Positions 18,821 through 27,456 of a stretch of DNA of 64,000 bases are shown here, one piece after another. The notes beneath the pieces are model-generated. The model was not told the origin of the DNA. It searched no databases and worked only from the letters and a program-made list of their open reading frames with translations. Where the stretch lies: the IMG/VR virus record IMGVR_UViG_3300028888_005256. One strand, 5' to 3'. A program made the position numbers and the translations under genes. The DNA comes from a virus (taxonomy: Duplodnaviria; Heunggongvirae; Uroviricota; Caudoviricetes). Positions within the stretch are counted from its first letter, which is position 1, and each line of letters opens with the position of its first letter.

Positions 18821-20160
18821 CATACATACTTACATTCATAAAAGACGCTGATCCAGTAAATCTTGCATTGCAACAAGAAGCAATAAGAGATGAAAGTTTT
18901 GAAGATTGCTTCTTTAAGAATATTGACAATTATGAAGACTACCCTGTAATTGACGAATGTGCAGAAGAAGCGATTGAGCATGGTTTTGACAAATTTGTGC
19001 TTTTAGCACCAGAAGACGAATGCGATGAGCTCGATTATGTCTTGAAAGAATCCTACGGTTCAAGATTCAGAGAAGTTTCTGCTACGCCTGAGCAGTTTTT
19101 CAGAATGAGAGAAGTTGGAGCAGCTCCAGCTCAGCCAGCAGCACCTCAACAAGCACCTCAGCCAAAAAAACCTGTTGAGCCAGCAGTCAATTCTGCTGTA
19201 AGTCTTTTGTCTTGTGATGTAAACTATCCATCTAATTGGGGCTGGAAGACTTTTAGGTCTCAGTTTAAGAATGGATTTTTAGCGCTCTCTCAGGTAAAAC
19301 TTCAAGGACAGTACCTTGATCCTCATCACATGATAGAGATGTTGAAAGTATTCCCTGACAAGACTATTGCAGCAGATGCTTCTAATGTTTTTGAGAAAAG
19401 AGGTATTTTGTCTACATTTGACCCGAGACAAGAGCTCTCTTTGAAGAACTGCATTGAAGAGATACAGAGAAAAACAAAGTTTAAAATATCTCAAGCAAAC
19501 ATTTATTGTAATTCGATTGCTACACCAATAAAGCAAGTGACTCTTGATGATGGCAGTGTTGTTAAGTTGACATTCTTCAGTTCTACTCCTGGCTGGAATT
19601 CAGGTGTAAATGCAACAGTATGGAAAGCACTTGTAGAGTTGAGCAATGACAAGAAGAACGCTTACAAGACTCTTGCAAAAGCAAAAGTAAAGACAGACAA
19701 AGTAAACAAAGAACTTGAAAAAGATGATAAGACTAGTGACAAACGAGCTTTTGATCCTGACGATATAAAAAGACTTCAAGATGAGATTCAATCTGGCTGG
19801 CTTAGATTTGTTTCAGGTCTTATTGATACTGTGCCTGTTCACATGAAGAATGGATATCGAGCACCTTTACTCGATGAGAAGCAGGCTACAGACTACATGA
19901 AGAAGATTAATGATGCTTTCAAAAAACTTCTTCCAGGAATTGATAAAGACATAAAAGCTTTTAGTGATGTTATGGAGCAAGGTGGTCTTGACCTTCTTTA
20001 TAAGGGCGCAGCTGGCATTGTAGACATTGCAAAAATTGGCAAGAATGATAGAAAGAAGACTGCTAAAGAGAAAGCTCTTACTGCAGAGCAAGAATCAGCA
20101 TACAATCTTGTTCTCACAGAACAGTACAAAATCATAAAAGAAGCTTTAGGAAAAGGCTAA
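18817..20160 (+). CDS. hypothetical protein (447 aa) in the packaging/head module
   Basis: ATGA overlap with the upstream gene; Pro/Ala/Gln linker; sits between the putative portal and the large terminase. Confidence 0.5.
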   Translation: MTYILTFIKDADPVNLALQQEAIRDESFEDCFFKNIDNYEDYPVIDECAEEAIEHGFDKFVLLAPEDECDELDYVLKESYGSRFREVSATPEQFFRMREVGAAPAQPAAPQQAPQPKKPVEPAVNSAVSLLSCDVNYPSNWGWKTFRSQFKNGFLALSQVKLQGQYLDPHHMIEMLKVFPDKTIAADASNVFEKRGILSTFDPRQELSLKNCIEEIQRKTKFKISQANIYCNSIATPIKQVTLDDGSVVKLTFFSSTPGWNSGVNATVWKALVELSNDKKNAYKTLAKAKVKTDKVNKELEKDDKTSDKRAFDPDDIKRLQDEIQSGWLRFVSGLIDTVPVHMKNGYRAPLLDEKQATDYMKKINDAFKKLLPGIDKDIKAFSDVMEQGGLDLLYKGAAGIVDIAKIGKNDRKKTAKEKALTAEQESAYNLVLTEQYKIIKEALGKG

Positions 20161-20161
20161 T

Positions 20162-22534
20162 ATGACAGAAGAGAAGAGACTTGAAAGAGAAAAAGCAAAG
20201 CAAGAAGAAGCAAAGCAATCTGAGTTCTGCACTTCAACAGATTCTTTTGTCAAGTCTTCTATCCTTAATCCATTTGCAATAAATACTGATTGCGTAAGAG
20301 AAGCAAGCAAAATCGAAATTGCGTCTGATATGAGCAGTGTAGCAACTACATTAGATTCATCAGGCATAAATACAGAAGTCGAGATCTCTAATGCTTTTGC
20401 AAATCTTGCGCCTATTCTTACAGACATCATGGCAGGAGATGTGCAAGCTCTTAACAGACCTGAGTTTGCTTGTATGAACTTCCCTGCTATTTTGAAAGCA
20501 ATTAAATGGCTGTCAGAAACAGATGCTCTTAATGACTTCTTGAGATCAGACTTAGCTCTCAACGCATGGAAGTTGAACTTCAAATGTAGACCGCCTACAA
20601 TGGAAGAATTTTTGACTCCAAAGTACATAGGTCCTACAGCAGAATCACTTCGTCCTTTCATTAAAGACACCCTCATAAACTTCACAGATCCTACAAAGCC
20701 GTACAGAACTATTGCTCTTGCATCTTGTATCGGTGCTGGTAAATCTACATTTTCTGTATTGCTTCAGCTATTCATATCAGTTCACTATGCATATATGTGG
20801 GCTCCTTACAAGTACTTTGGTCTAGGTGCAGCTACTCAATTCACTCAATGTCTTGGTGGCTGGAATATCAAAAAAGCAACTGAACTTTTGCTTGAGCCAT
20901 TCATGAATATTCTTGAGTATGCACCATTTTTTCATAAAGCAAAATTCGCACAAGATGTTCTTGATGCTAGGGAATCTACAAATCTTGATGAAGAGGGCTT
21001 ACTCTGGACGACTGCTACGAAAACTTCTGCTCTGCAAATGCAGAATGGCGTAAACTACAAAGTCATAAATGGTCCTGGTGCAATCTTGGGTCAGTGTATC
21101 ATAAGCGCTGTTCTTTCTGAGTTGACATACTTTACGCAAAATGGTTGGTCTGACGAAAAAGTTCTTACATTCTTCACAAAGCTTAGAAAAAGAATCCAGT
21201 CTCGTATTGGATCGAACTATTACGCTCGATTCATAATCGACTCTCAGCCGAACTCTCTTGAATCACCAATTGATAAATGGGTTTGGGAAGAGGCTCCCAA
21301 ATCAAAAGAAAACTTTATTTTCAAGGGCTCTAGATGGGAATTGTTTCCTCATGAATTTGAAGAAGCTTGGGAAGAGCCTAGAACATATTGGACACAGCCT
21401 GTAAATGTAAAGCATGACTTTGATGTAGCATTCCCAGTGTTCAAAGGCGGCAATGGACAGATTCCGACTGTAATAGAAGTCCCTGCTCAGCTAGAGATGT
21501 ATGACCAGCATGACATTCTTTGGGCTCCAATAATGCAGGTTACTGATAATGGTCCTGTAAACTTCAAAGACATGGCTCTTGAAAACCCAATAGAATTCCT
21601 AAAAGACTGGGCAGGCATTCCATCAGGTGCAGCAGACAGACTGTTCTATGATACAAGAGTAATTGAAAGAATCTTTGACAATGACTTACGAAATGTCTTT
21701 GGCGGCTTAGACTGTCCTGCTTCAGAAGAGCCTGAGCATCTTATTTGGAATAAAATTCGAGATAAGTTCTTCAACAAGATATTTGACAAATGGTATTTCT
21801 ACTATGAGCCTGATTTGCCTCGTGTCGCATCAATCGACTTAGCTATCACAGGAGACGTTGCGTCTATCTCAGTTTCTCATGTAGAGAAGAGCAATGACAT
21901 TAAAGACTCATTCGGTCAGCCTGCAAAAATTTATGTAACAGACTTCAGTATCCCAGTTGTTCCTAAAAACTCTATTATCAATATGGACGCATTCAAATTT
22001 TTCTTGCTAGACCTTGTAAGAGTCGGAAATATGAGAATAAAGCATGTCTCATTCGATGGCTTTCAATCTCGTGCTATGATGCAGTCTCTTGAACGATCTG
22101 GATTCTTAGTAGATTTGCTTTCTGTTGATAAAGACAATACGCCGTATCAGAATATGATAGATTACGCATTCCATAGAAGATGGGTTACTGGAAAATCAAT
22201 AATGATGAAGAACAATCTTCTTTCTCTTGAAGTGCATTCTAGAAAATCAGGCTCAAAGAAAATAGAACATAAAGTTGGAGATAATCTCTATGCAGACCAG
22301 TTCTGTCCAATCAATGGCGTCTATAATGACAAAGCATGGGAATTGTCTCAAGTTGGCTATTATGCAAAAGACCTGTCTGATACAGTAGCTGCAAATATTT
22401 CTTTGCTAGACAAATATGACAATGAATTCTTCCCTACGCATACTTGGCAGCCATGTGCCATTAAACCAAGAACTCAGGAAACTGTAGTGCAGGGAAGAGA
22501 CGATGTGCTTCGAAAAATCGGTCTTGCAATTTAA
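20162..22534 (+). CDS. terL: terminase large subunit
   Basis: Walker A ASCIGAGKST. C-terminal RNase-H-like nuclease motif ASIDLAITGDVASISVSH (hGhDhA..GD pattern). 790 aa. Confidence 0.7.
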   Translation: MTEEKRLEREKAKQEEAKQSEFCTSTDSFVKSSILNPFAINTDCVREASKIEIASDMSSVATTLDSSGINTEVEISNAFANLAPILTDIMAGDVQALNRPEFACMNFPAILKAIKWLSETDALNDFLRSDLALNAWKLNFKCRPPTMEEFLTPKYIGPTAESLRPFIKDTLINFTDPTKPYRTIALASCIGAGKSTFSVLLQLFISVHYAYMWAPYKYFGLGAATQFTQCLGGWNIKKATELLLEPFMNILEYAPFFHKAKFAQDVLDARESTNLDEEGLLWTTATKTSALQMQNGVNYKVINGPGAILGQCIISAVLSELTYFTQNGWSDEKVLTFFTKLRKRIQSRIGSNYYARFIIDSQPNSLESPIDKWVWEEAPKSKENFIFKGSRWELFPHEFEEAWEEPRTYWTQPVNVKHDFDVAFPVFKGGNGQIPTVIEVPAQLEMYDQHDILWAPIMQVTDNGPVNFKDMALENPIEFLKDWAGIPSGAADRLFYDTRVIERIFDNDLRNVFGGLDCPASEEPEHLIWNKIRDKFFNKIFDKWYFYYEPDLPRVASIDLAITGDVASISVSHVEKSNDIKDSFGQPAKIYVTDFSIPVVPKNSIINMDAFKFFLLDLVRVGNMRIKHVSFDGFQSRAMMQSLERSGFLVDLLSVDKDNTPYQNMIDYAFHRRWVTGKSIMMKNNLLSLEVHSRKSGSKKIEHKVGDNLYADQFCPINGVYNDKAWELSQVGYYAKDLSDTVAANISLLDKYDNEFFPTHTWQPCAIKPRTQETVVQGRDDVLRKIGLAI

Positions 22535-22821
22535 GATTTGTAGTAATTCTTCAACTGAATAATGTTGTAGACTTCAAAGTCTTTAAAGTCTTCTCCAAGA
22601 TTTATCATAGAGCCAATCTCTTTATAGCCAGACTGCTTAATTGCTGAATCCAGACTTTTTGTATCGTATGGAATATTCTTGTCTGTAGTGTAGTTTGCAT
22701 AAGCCTGCTTTACAAGTTCTTCAAAGCCTTTTCTTACGTCTGATACAATTGCAATGATTTTTGACTGAACTTGGTCGTTATAAGAAAAAACAACTTCAAT
22801 AAGTCTAGGATATTCATTCAT
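22531..22821 (-). CDS. hypothetical protein
   Basis: ATG 22821 with TATAAT, then AGGAGAA, upstream; convergent with terL. Confidence 0.45.
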   Translation of the reverse strand: MNEYPRLIEVVFSYNDQVQSKIIAIVSDVRKGFEELVKQAYANYTTDKNIPYDTKSLDSAIKQSGYKEIGSMINLGEDFKDFEVYNIIQLKNYYKS

Positions 22822-22860
22822 AGTCTAGTTCTCCTATTATAAAATAAGATTAACTCGACT

Positions 22861-23160
22861 TTTTACTGTAAAGGGATGCCGTTCTTGGTGGAGACCGTTG
22901 AGCAAATTTACCAAGAACGCTTTGCACATATATTGCAAAGTGGAAGCCTTCAGTCAGCGGTAACAGCTTCTCCTCTCTACCCTCTTTTTTCAACCGCTAT
23001 TAGAGCACCTATTAAAAGACCAAAAGTTCCCCTGTCTTCTAAGGTAAGAAAACCAGCTTAGATATGATTGTCTAAGCCGCATCAATCTATTAGATTGACT
23101 GGAGGCCTTCAGCACTTGGTAGCAGCCTCACCTCTCTTCTTATTTCAACCAAGTTTGAGT
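22861..23160 (-). ncRNA. putative structured non-coding RNA (about 300 nt) with duplicated stem-loop module
   Basis: GC-rich island in the AT-rich genome. Conserved promoter motif at 23163-23186 points into it on the minus strand. Several perfect hairpins, including a 10-bp stem CGTTCTTGGT/ACCAAGAACG. Two about 55-nt modules at roughly 70% identity whose stems carry compensatory changes (GGAAGC/GCTTCC versus GGAGGC/GCCTC). The only ORF (22876-23061, +) has no RBS. Confidence 0.4.
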
Positions 23161-23162
23161 TT

Positions 23163-23186
23163 GTATAAGTAATATAATAAAAAGTT
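23163..23186 (-). promoter_or_regulatory. conserved phage promoter motif (minus strand reads CTTTTTATTATATTACTTATAC)
   Basis: Member of the TATTATATTA motif family; no CDS downstream, only the structured GC-rich region. Confidence 0.5.
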
Positions 23187-23196
23187 TCTACTTTTT

Positions 23197-23613
23197 TCAA
23201 ATATTGTAAAATCTTTTTACATTTCCTAATTCATCTGCATTGTTTTCTGGCCAATGAGAGTAATACCACTCGCCTTTTTTAAGCGATTCCCATTTTCGAT
23301 GAGCAATTCTATGATAGACATTTCTCACAGCACTTGGGAGTCCAACAATAAGTAAATACAACGGACCAAATCTCATGCTCTGCACTTGATGGCCATGCTC
23401 ATGTTTTACAGTATTCTCTGTCACTTGTCTATCGCCGTCGATGAAGATGAACTTCCCAAGAGAGACACCTGCATCAAAGCAATGCTTTACTTTGAAGTAG
23501 TCTATGCCTGCTATTGAACATTTTGAATGACTTCTGACATTCACCAGAAGTACAATCAAACCAAATACATTCTGCGGCAATTGCCATATAAATTGTAATA
23601 TCTTTAGTAGCAT
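23197..23613 (-). CDS. putative membrane-anchored zinc metalloprotease-like protein
   Basis: HExxH motif (VKHEHGHQV); N-terminal hydrophobic helix. Confidence 0.4.
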   Translation of the reverse strand: MLLKILQFIWQLPQNVFGLIVLLVNVRSHSKCSIAGIDYFKVKHCFDAGVSLGKFIFIDGDRQVTENTVKHEHGHQVQSMRFGPLYLLIVGLPSAVRNVYHRIAHRKWESLKKGEWYYSHWPENNADELGNVKRFYNI

Positions 23614-23628
23614 AGTAAGATAGTAATT

Positions 23629-23883
23629 CTACAAGTAAATGTTTATGTAATTTTTGACAGTTTGGAGATTTCTTTTCTTTTGTGATTCTTCAGAGAGAAA
23701 CTTCTCAAGTAAGTCTTCATATTGTTTAGACTCATCTTTCTCAAATTCAAGCTCTTTGTCTTCTTCCCATAGCAAAAAGATTCTTTTTCTGTAAGTGTCT
23801 GCGTGGAAAGCTACTAAGACAGACTCAAGTTCTTGTCTATCTTTGCATTCTCTCATTGCTGCAATTGCTATTTCTTTTCTCAT
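23629..23883 (-). CDS. hypothetical protein
   Basis: 84-aa ORF in the operon. Confidence 0.35.
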   Translation of the reverse strand: MRKEIAIAAMRECKDRQELESVLVAFHADTYRKRIFLLWEEDKELEFEKDESKQYEDLLEKFLSEESQKKRNLQTVKNYINIYL

Positions 23884-24155
23884 TCTGACAAGTCCTTGCA
23901 GTAGTCAATCCAGTTAATGATCTGTTCTAATGAGTATGAAGTTGTCCACTCAAGATTCTTGATTTTCAAAACTGGGTCTTTTGCTGGATGGGAAGAGAGC
24001 ACTTCAAGAATAAGAGAAATATCATCTTCTGAGAAGTCTACATCTTTATTGAGAATAAATTCATTTTCTCTTTTTTCTGCATTAGAGAAAGCTGCTTCAA
24101 GAAATTTGACAATTGAGTCTCTTGCAGCTTGTGCAGCGTAGCCAAAGCCGTACAA
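23880..24155 (-). CDS. hypothetical protein
   Basis: 91-aa ORF; ATGA overlap with the downstream gene. Confidence 0.35.
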   Translation of the reverse strand: MYGFGYAAQAARDSIVKFLEAAFSNAEKRENEFILNKDVDFSEDDISLILEVLSSHPAKDPVLKIKNLEWTTSYSLEQIINWIDYCKDLSE

Positions 24156-24190
24156 TTTATAGTTTGATGTGTCTTGTACGACTTTCTTTA

Positions 24191-24742
24191 CTATTGCTCG
24201 TTGCTGATTGTTCTCTTTAATTTTTTTTTATGAGCACTTTTAAGATAGCGTATTGCCTTGCGCATGAGATTGCTGTACATTTCTTTCTGAGCTTTAAGCT
24301 CTGATTCAAGAGTTTCAATTGTTTTATCTCTAGGATCTGTTTCTGAAACTGTGTCAATTTCACTTAAAAGACTTTCAACGCTTTCTTCAATAGCTGTTCG
24401 CTTTTTCTCAAGAAGACTCTTGCTGTCTTTCAAACTTGAATTTTCAGAAAGAAGAGAATTTACTTTTGAGAGAAGTTCTTCTTTGTTTGAATTAGAACCA
24501 TCAAGCTCTTTTGTCAATTTCTCTTTCTCAGATATCTCATTAGCCAGATTCTCTTCAAGAGAAGAAACTTTCTCAAGAAGCTTTTCATTCTCATTAGAAA
24601 GCTCTGAGATTAAAGTCTTGTCTTTTGATCTCTCTTCTGAAGAAGTCTCAATCTCTTTGCTAAGAGTTGCGATCTTGTTGTTCTTGTCAATAAGTGCTTT
24701 TTTGAAAAGCTCAAGTTTGTCTAGTACTTCATCTTCTGTCAT
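24191..24742 (-). CDS. coiled-coil protein
   Basis: Continuous heptad-like Glu/Lys/Leu/Ser pattern. The opposite-strand track ORF 24351-24842 is a low-complexity shadow. Confidence 0.45.
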   Translation of the reverse strand: MTEDEVLDKLELFKKALIDKNNKIATLSKEIETSSEERSKDKTLISELSNENEKLLEKVSSLEENLANEISEKEKLTKELDGSNSNKEELLSKVNSLLSENSSLKDSKSLLEKKRTAIEESVESLLSEIDTVSETDPRDKTIETLESELKAQKEMYSNLMRKAIRYLKSAHKKKLKRTISNEQ

Positions 24743-24755
24743 TTCTATGCTCTCT

Positions 24756-26504
24756 TTACTTTGCGAGTTCTTCGACCTCTTTAATTACTTTTTCTACAGC
24801 AGGACTGAATCCCTCATCTATTTTTCTTTTTTGTGTATTTAAATTAACTTCAGGCTCAATCATTGAAGAAATCATTTTTCTCTTATCAGCGAAATTTGCT
24901 CTATCAAGAGGCACCTCTACTGCTAATTTAGAAATATTAGCTGGCGAAGCGTTTGCAAGCTTTATGATGTCTATTGCTTTAGTATCATCTTTTTTCTTTG
25001 GGCCGTATTTGTCATATAGAGATGCTTTAGTAAGACTTGTAAGCTCAATTGCTTTCTTCACTTTTCTGTCAAATACGCTTCTATCAATTACACCAAAATT
25101 CAGCTGGTCTAGATACAAGTCTATCATAAAGTCATTTACATTGAAATCATTGCTAAAGTACTCACTGAATTGAGAAAGCATTTTTCTTGAGATATTCGTT
25201 TTCGGTGAAAATAGATTGATCGCTAATTCACACAATAATGACAAGAATAAAAGCATTCCCATCATCATAATCTCTGTAGCGCCAAAGCTTCCTTCAGCTT
25301 TTACATTCAATGCAGCCTGCAGGTCTTTGTCACCAAGTTTTTTCGATGCAAAGATCGAACCAATCTGCATAAAGATTTTAGATGAAGAACCGATGTCACC
25401 GCTATCATTTTCTACATCAACTCTCAATGCTTTAAGAATCTGAGTAGCTGATTTGGCAAGAACATTTGCAGGCTTTTCTGTAGAAGTGTCAAATGTGATA
25501 GTTTCTGATGTTTTTGGATTTACCAAGCCAAGAGCATTCAATGTCTCAAGCCAAGACATAATTTCAGTATTCGTATTGTCTTTTAATTCGCCAAGTTTCT
25601 CTACTGCAATGTCATTTGAACTGTCTTGCAAGTATTCCAATCTTTTCGACTTAATGTCAGATGCAAGATTCATTGTATTGAAAGCAACAATCTCATCAAA
25701 TGTTCTAGCCCTATATCCTGCACCACGAAGAATATTGTTTATTTTTGTTCGTCTTGCTTCATAAGGCTTTAATGCATCTGCTTTTTTCTGCTTTGCAGTA
25801 AGGCCATTCTCATCATCTGTGTACTTTGCATTTACAATAGGTGAAACTGTAGCTATAAAGTCTTCAATCTCGAGAACTGCATTCTCTGCATACTCTCTAG
25901 CATCTTTCTCAGAAGTGTCAGTTGCTTTAGAAATAAGACTTTGTCTTGTAACTGCATCAGCACCAGCATTGATGTTTGTGTAGCCTTCGCCTTGAATGAT
26001 GTATTCATCAATTTGACTTATAAGATTAGCGTTTCGAGTAATTCCTGCACCAATTGAAATAGAAGACAATGAGACTGATGTAATGACAGACAACATAATA
26101 AATGTTATGTAGACCGACTTCCACCAAATTGCAGCTTTCTTTACATTCTTTACCCAATCAAATCCCGACAATTTCCTGATAAGCTCATCAAGAGTGTTTA
26201 CTTGAATTGCCAGAAGAAACTTTGCAATATCAAGACCGACAGACAATGAGCCAAGGAGAATTGCAGCAGGAACAGCAATCAAAGTTCCAATGTTGTAGTC
26301 CGACTTTGTCAAATTGGAAATAAATACAAGATTGATAAAAGCAGAAACAAGAGAACAAAATACAAATACAACAAGCTTACCGTTTATAAGGACTTGCGCT
26401 GATGTTGTTGGTCTTTTCTCTTCGGGATTTTTGCCTTTCCAAAAAAATAAAAATGGGATTCGTATTGCTTTTTTAGCAATTTCAATTTCTTTTCTTTTTC
26501 TCAT
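24756..26504 (-). CDS. multi-pass membrane protein with long coiled/extended domain
   Basis: AAAGGAG SD; at least four hydrophobic helices in the N-terminal half; 582 aa. Confidence 0.5.
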   Translation of the reverse strand: MRKRKEIEIAKKAIRIPFLFFWKGKNPEEKRPTTSAQVLINGKLVVFVFCSLVSAFINLVFISNLTKSDYNIGTLIAVPAAILLGSLSVGLDIAKFLLAIQVNTLDELIRKLSGFDWVKNVKKAAIWWKSVYITFIMLSVITSVSLSSISIGAGITRNANLISQIDEYIIQGEGYTNINAGADAVTRQSLISKATDTSEKDAREYAENAVLEIEDFIATVSPIVNAKYTDDENGLTAKQKKADALKPYEARRTKINNILRGAGYRARTFDEIVAFNTMNLASDIKSKRLEYLQDSSNDIAVEKLGELKDNTNTEIMSWLETLNALGLVNPKTSETITFDTSTEKPANVLAKSATQILKALRVDVENDSGDIGSSSKIFMQIGSIFASKKLGDKDLQAALNVKAEGSFGATEIMMMGMLLFLSLLCELAINLFSPKTNISRKMLSQFSEYFSNDFNVNDFMIDLYLDQLNFGVIDRSVFDRKVKKAIELTSLTKASLYDKYGPKKKDDTKAIDIIKLANASPANISKLAVEVPLDRANFADKRKMISSMIEPEVNLNTQKRKIDEGFSPAVEKVIKEVEELAK

Positions 26505-26639
26505 AAATTAATTTACTGACTCCTTTGAGTTCTGTCAATTAAAGATTAACATTAAGAAATTAGTGCTAGACTACTAGAAATCTTCGGAATTAATTTATGA
26601 GTTTACTCTGTTTTCAAAGAAGCTTCTCTTTCAACAAGT

Positions 26640-26891
26640 TCACTTAATTGTTTTGAAATAGCCTTCACTATCATCGCAAGGACCGTAGCAATTTTCAAAC
26701 TGCTTTTTATCTCTTGAAGACACAAGGCTGAATACTTTTGGACCATCTTCAGATTCATTGCCGTAGCCTTCAAAGCCGTTTACAATGATATCTGAAACGC
26801 CATCTGCATCAGCTTGTACTTCAATAACTGCATCTCCGTATCCGTCAGCAATCGCTTTTTCACAAAGTTCCTTCAATTTTTCAACTGTCAT
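26640..26891 (-). CDS. hypothetical acidic protein
   Basis: 83 aa; abuts the next gene. Confidence 0.4.
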   Translation of the reverse strand: MTVEKLKELCEKAIADGYGDAVIEVQADADGVSDIIVNGFEGYGNESEDGPKVFSLVSSRDKKQFENCYGPCDDSEGYFKTIK

Positions 26892-26893
26892 TT

Positions 26894-27262
26894 TTAGTCC
26901 TCCGAATAGGTTTGAATAGTTACAGAACCCAAAGCTTTTTTATCCCAATAAAGAACAGCTTCTGAAGAATACGGATCGTTTCCATCTCCTAGTCCTAAAT
27001 GCTCGCAAACAACCTTTTCAATCAAACGCTCCATCTGAAGGTTTGGATTTGCAAGGAGCTTTTCCTGTTCTTCAATTTTTGCTTTCAACCTTGCAATTTC
27101 TTTTTCCTTATCTTCAAGAGCCTCCTGAATTTTCTCCTCAACATCCCGTTTTGGAGTCATATATTTGCAAGCAATCTGCTCTATTTCTTTTGCACGAGAT
27201 TCAGAAATTTTTAACTTTCGAACCTCTGAATAAACGTCCCAACAGCTTTCCTTATACCACAT
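26894..27262 (-). CDS. hypothetical protein
   Basis: AGGAGG SD 9 nt before ATG 27262; conserved promoter motif and bipartite element 4 upstream. Confidence 0.5.
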   Translation of the reverse strand: MWYKESCWDVYSEVRKLKISESRAKEIEQIACKYMTPKRDVEEKIQEALEDKEKEIARLKAKIEEQEKLLANPNLQMERLIEKVVCEHLGLGDGNDPYSSEAVLYWDKKALGSVTIQTYSED

Positions 27263-27288
27263 TTTCTCATACCTCCTGAATGAAATAC

Positions 27289-27312
27289 ATTAATAATATA
27301 ATAGAGAAAAGA
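27289..27312 (-). promoter_or_regulatory. conserved phage promoter motif (CTTTTCTCTATTATATTATTAATG)
   Basis: TATTATATTA motif family member, between element 4 and the SD of gene 26894-27262. Confidence 0.55.
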
Positions 27313-27314
27313 TT

Positions 27315-27393
27315 AATTTTTAAATTAATAATTAATAGCAACCAACCTACCCTCTAATATGCTGATCGTCCCCATTAATAGTTGACGAATTCG
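27315..27393 (+). repeat. conserved bipartite intergenic element, copy 4
   Basis: L-box 27315-27339, R-box 27372-27393, 32-nt core AACCAACCTACCCTCTAATATGCTGATCGTCC. Confidence 0.85.
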
Positions 27394-27437
27394 TATATTA
27401 TAAATTTGTATACCATAATTCAAGATGTATAATATAC

Positions 27438-27456
27438 GAATGTATATATGTTTTAG
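27438..27456 (+). promoter_or_regulatory. conserved GAATGTATATATGTTTTAG unit (extended -10-like TGTATATAT)
   Basis: Same unit is present twice on the minus strand at 43211-43230 and 43249-43267. About 60 nt after the R-box here and at 43.2 kb are co-conserved. Confidence 0.4.

Noticed and set aside
20146-20685. Track ORF (179 aa, -) antisense within the terminase large-subunit gene
   Set aside because: Entirely embedded opposite a gene with clear Walker A and nuclease motifs; shadow ORF.
22876-23061. Track ORF (61 aa, +) inside the GC-rich island
   Set aside because: No ribosome-binding site. It overlaps several long perfect hairpins, and the promoter in the region points the other way. More parsimonious as non-coding.
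22861-23160. tRNA genes in the GC-rich island (D-loop-like CAGCACTTGGTAGCAGC)
   Set aside because: No complete cloverleaf can be drawn: no acceptor stem, no T-arm GTTCGAATC-type sequence and no anticodon arm. The similarity is limited to one loop.
24351-24842. Track ORF (163 aa, +) opposite the coiled-coil gene
   Set aside because: Ser/Leu/Phe low-complexity translation of the antisense of a Glu/Lys-rich gene; no RBS.
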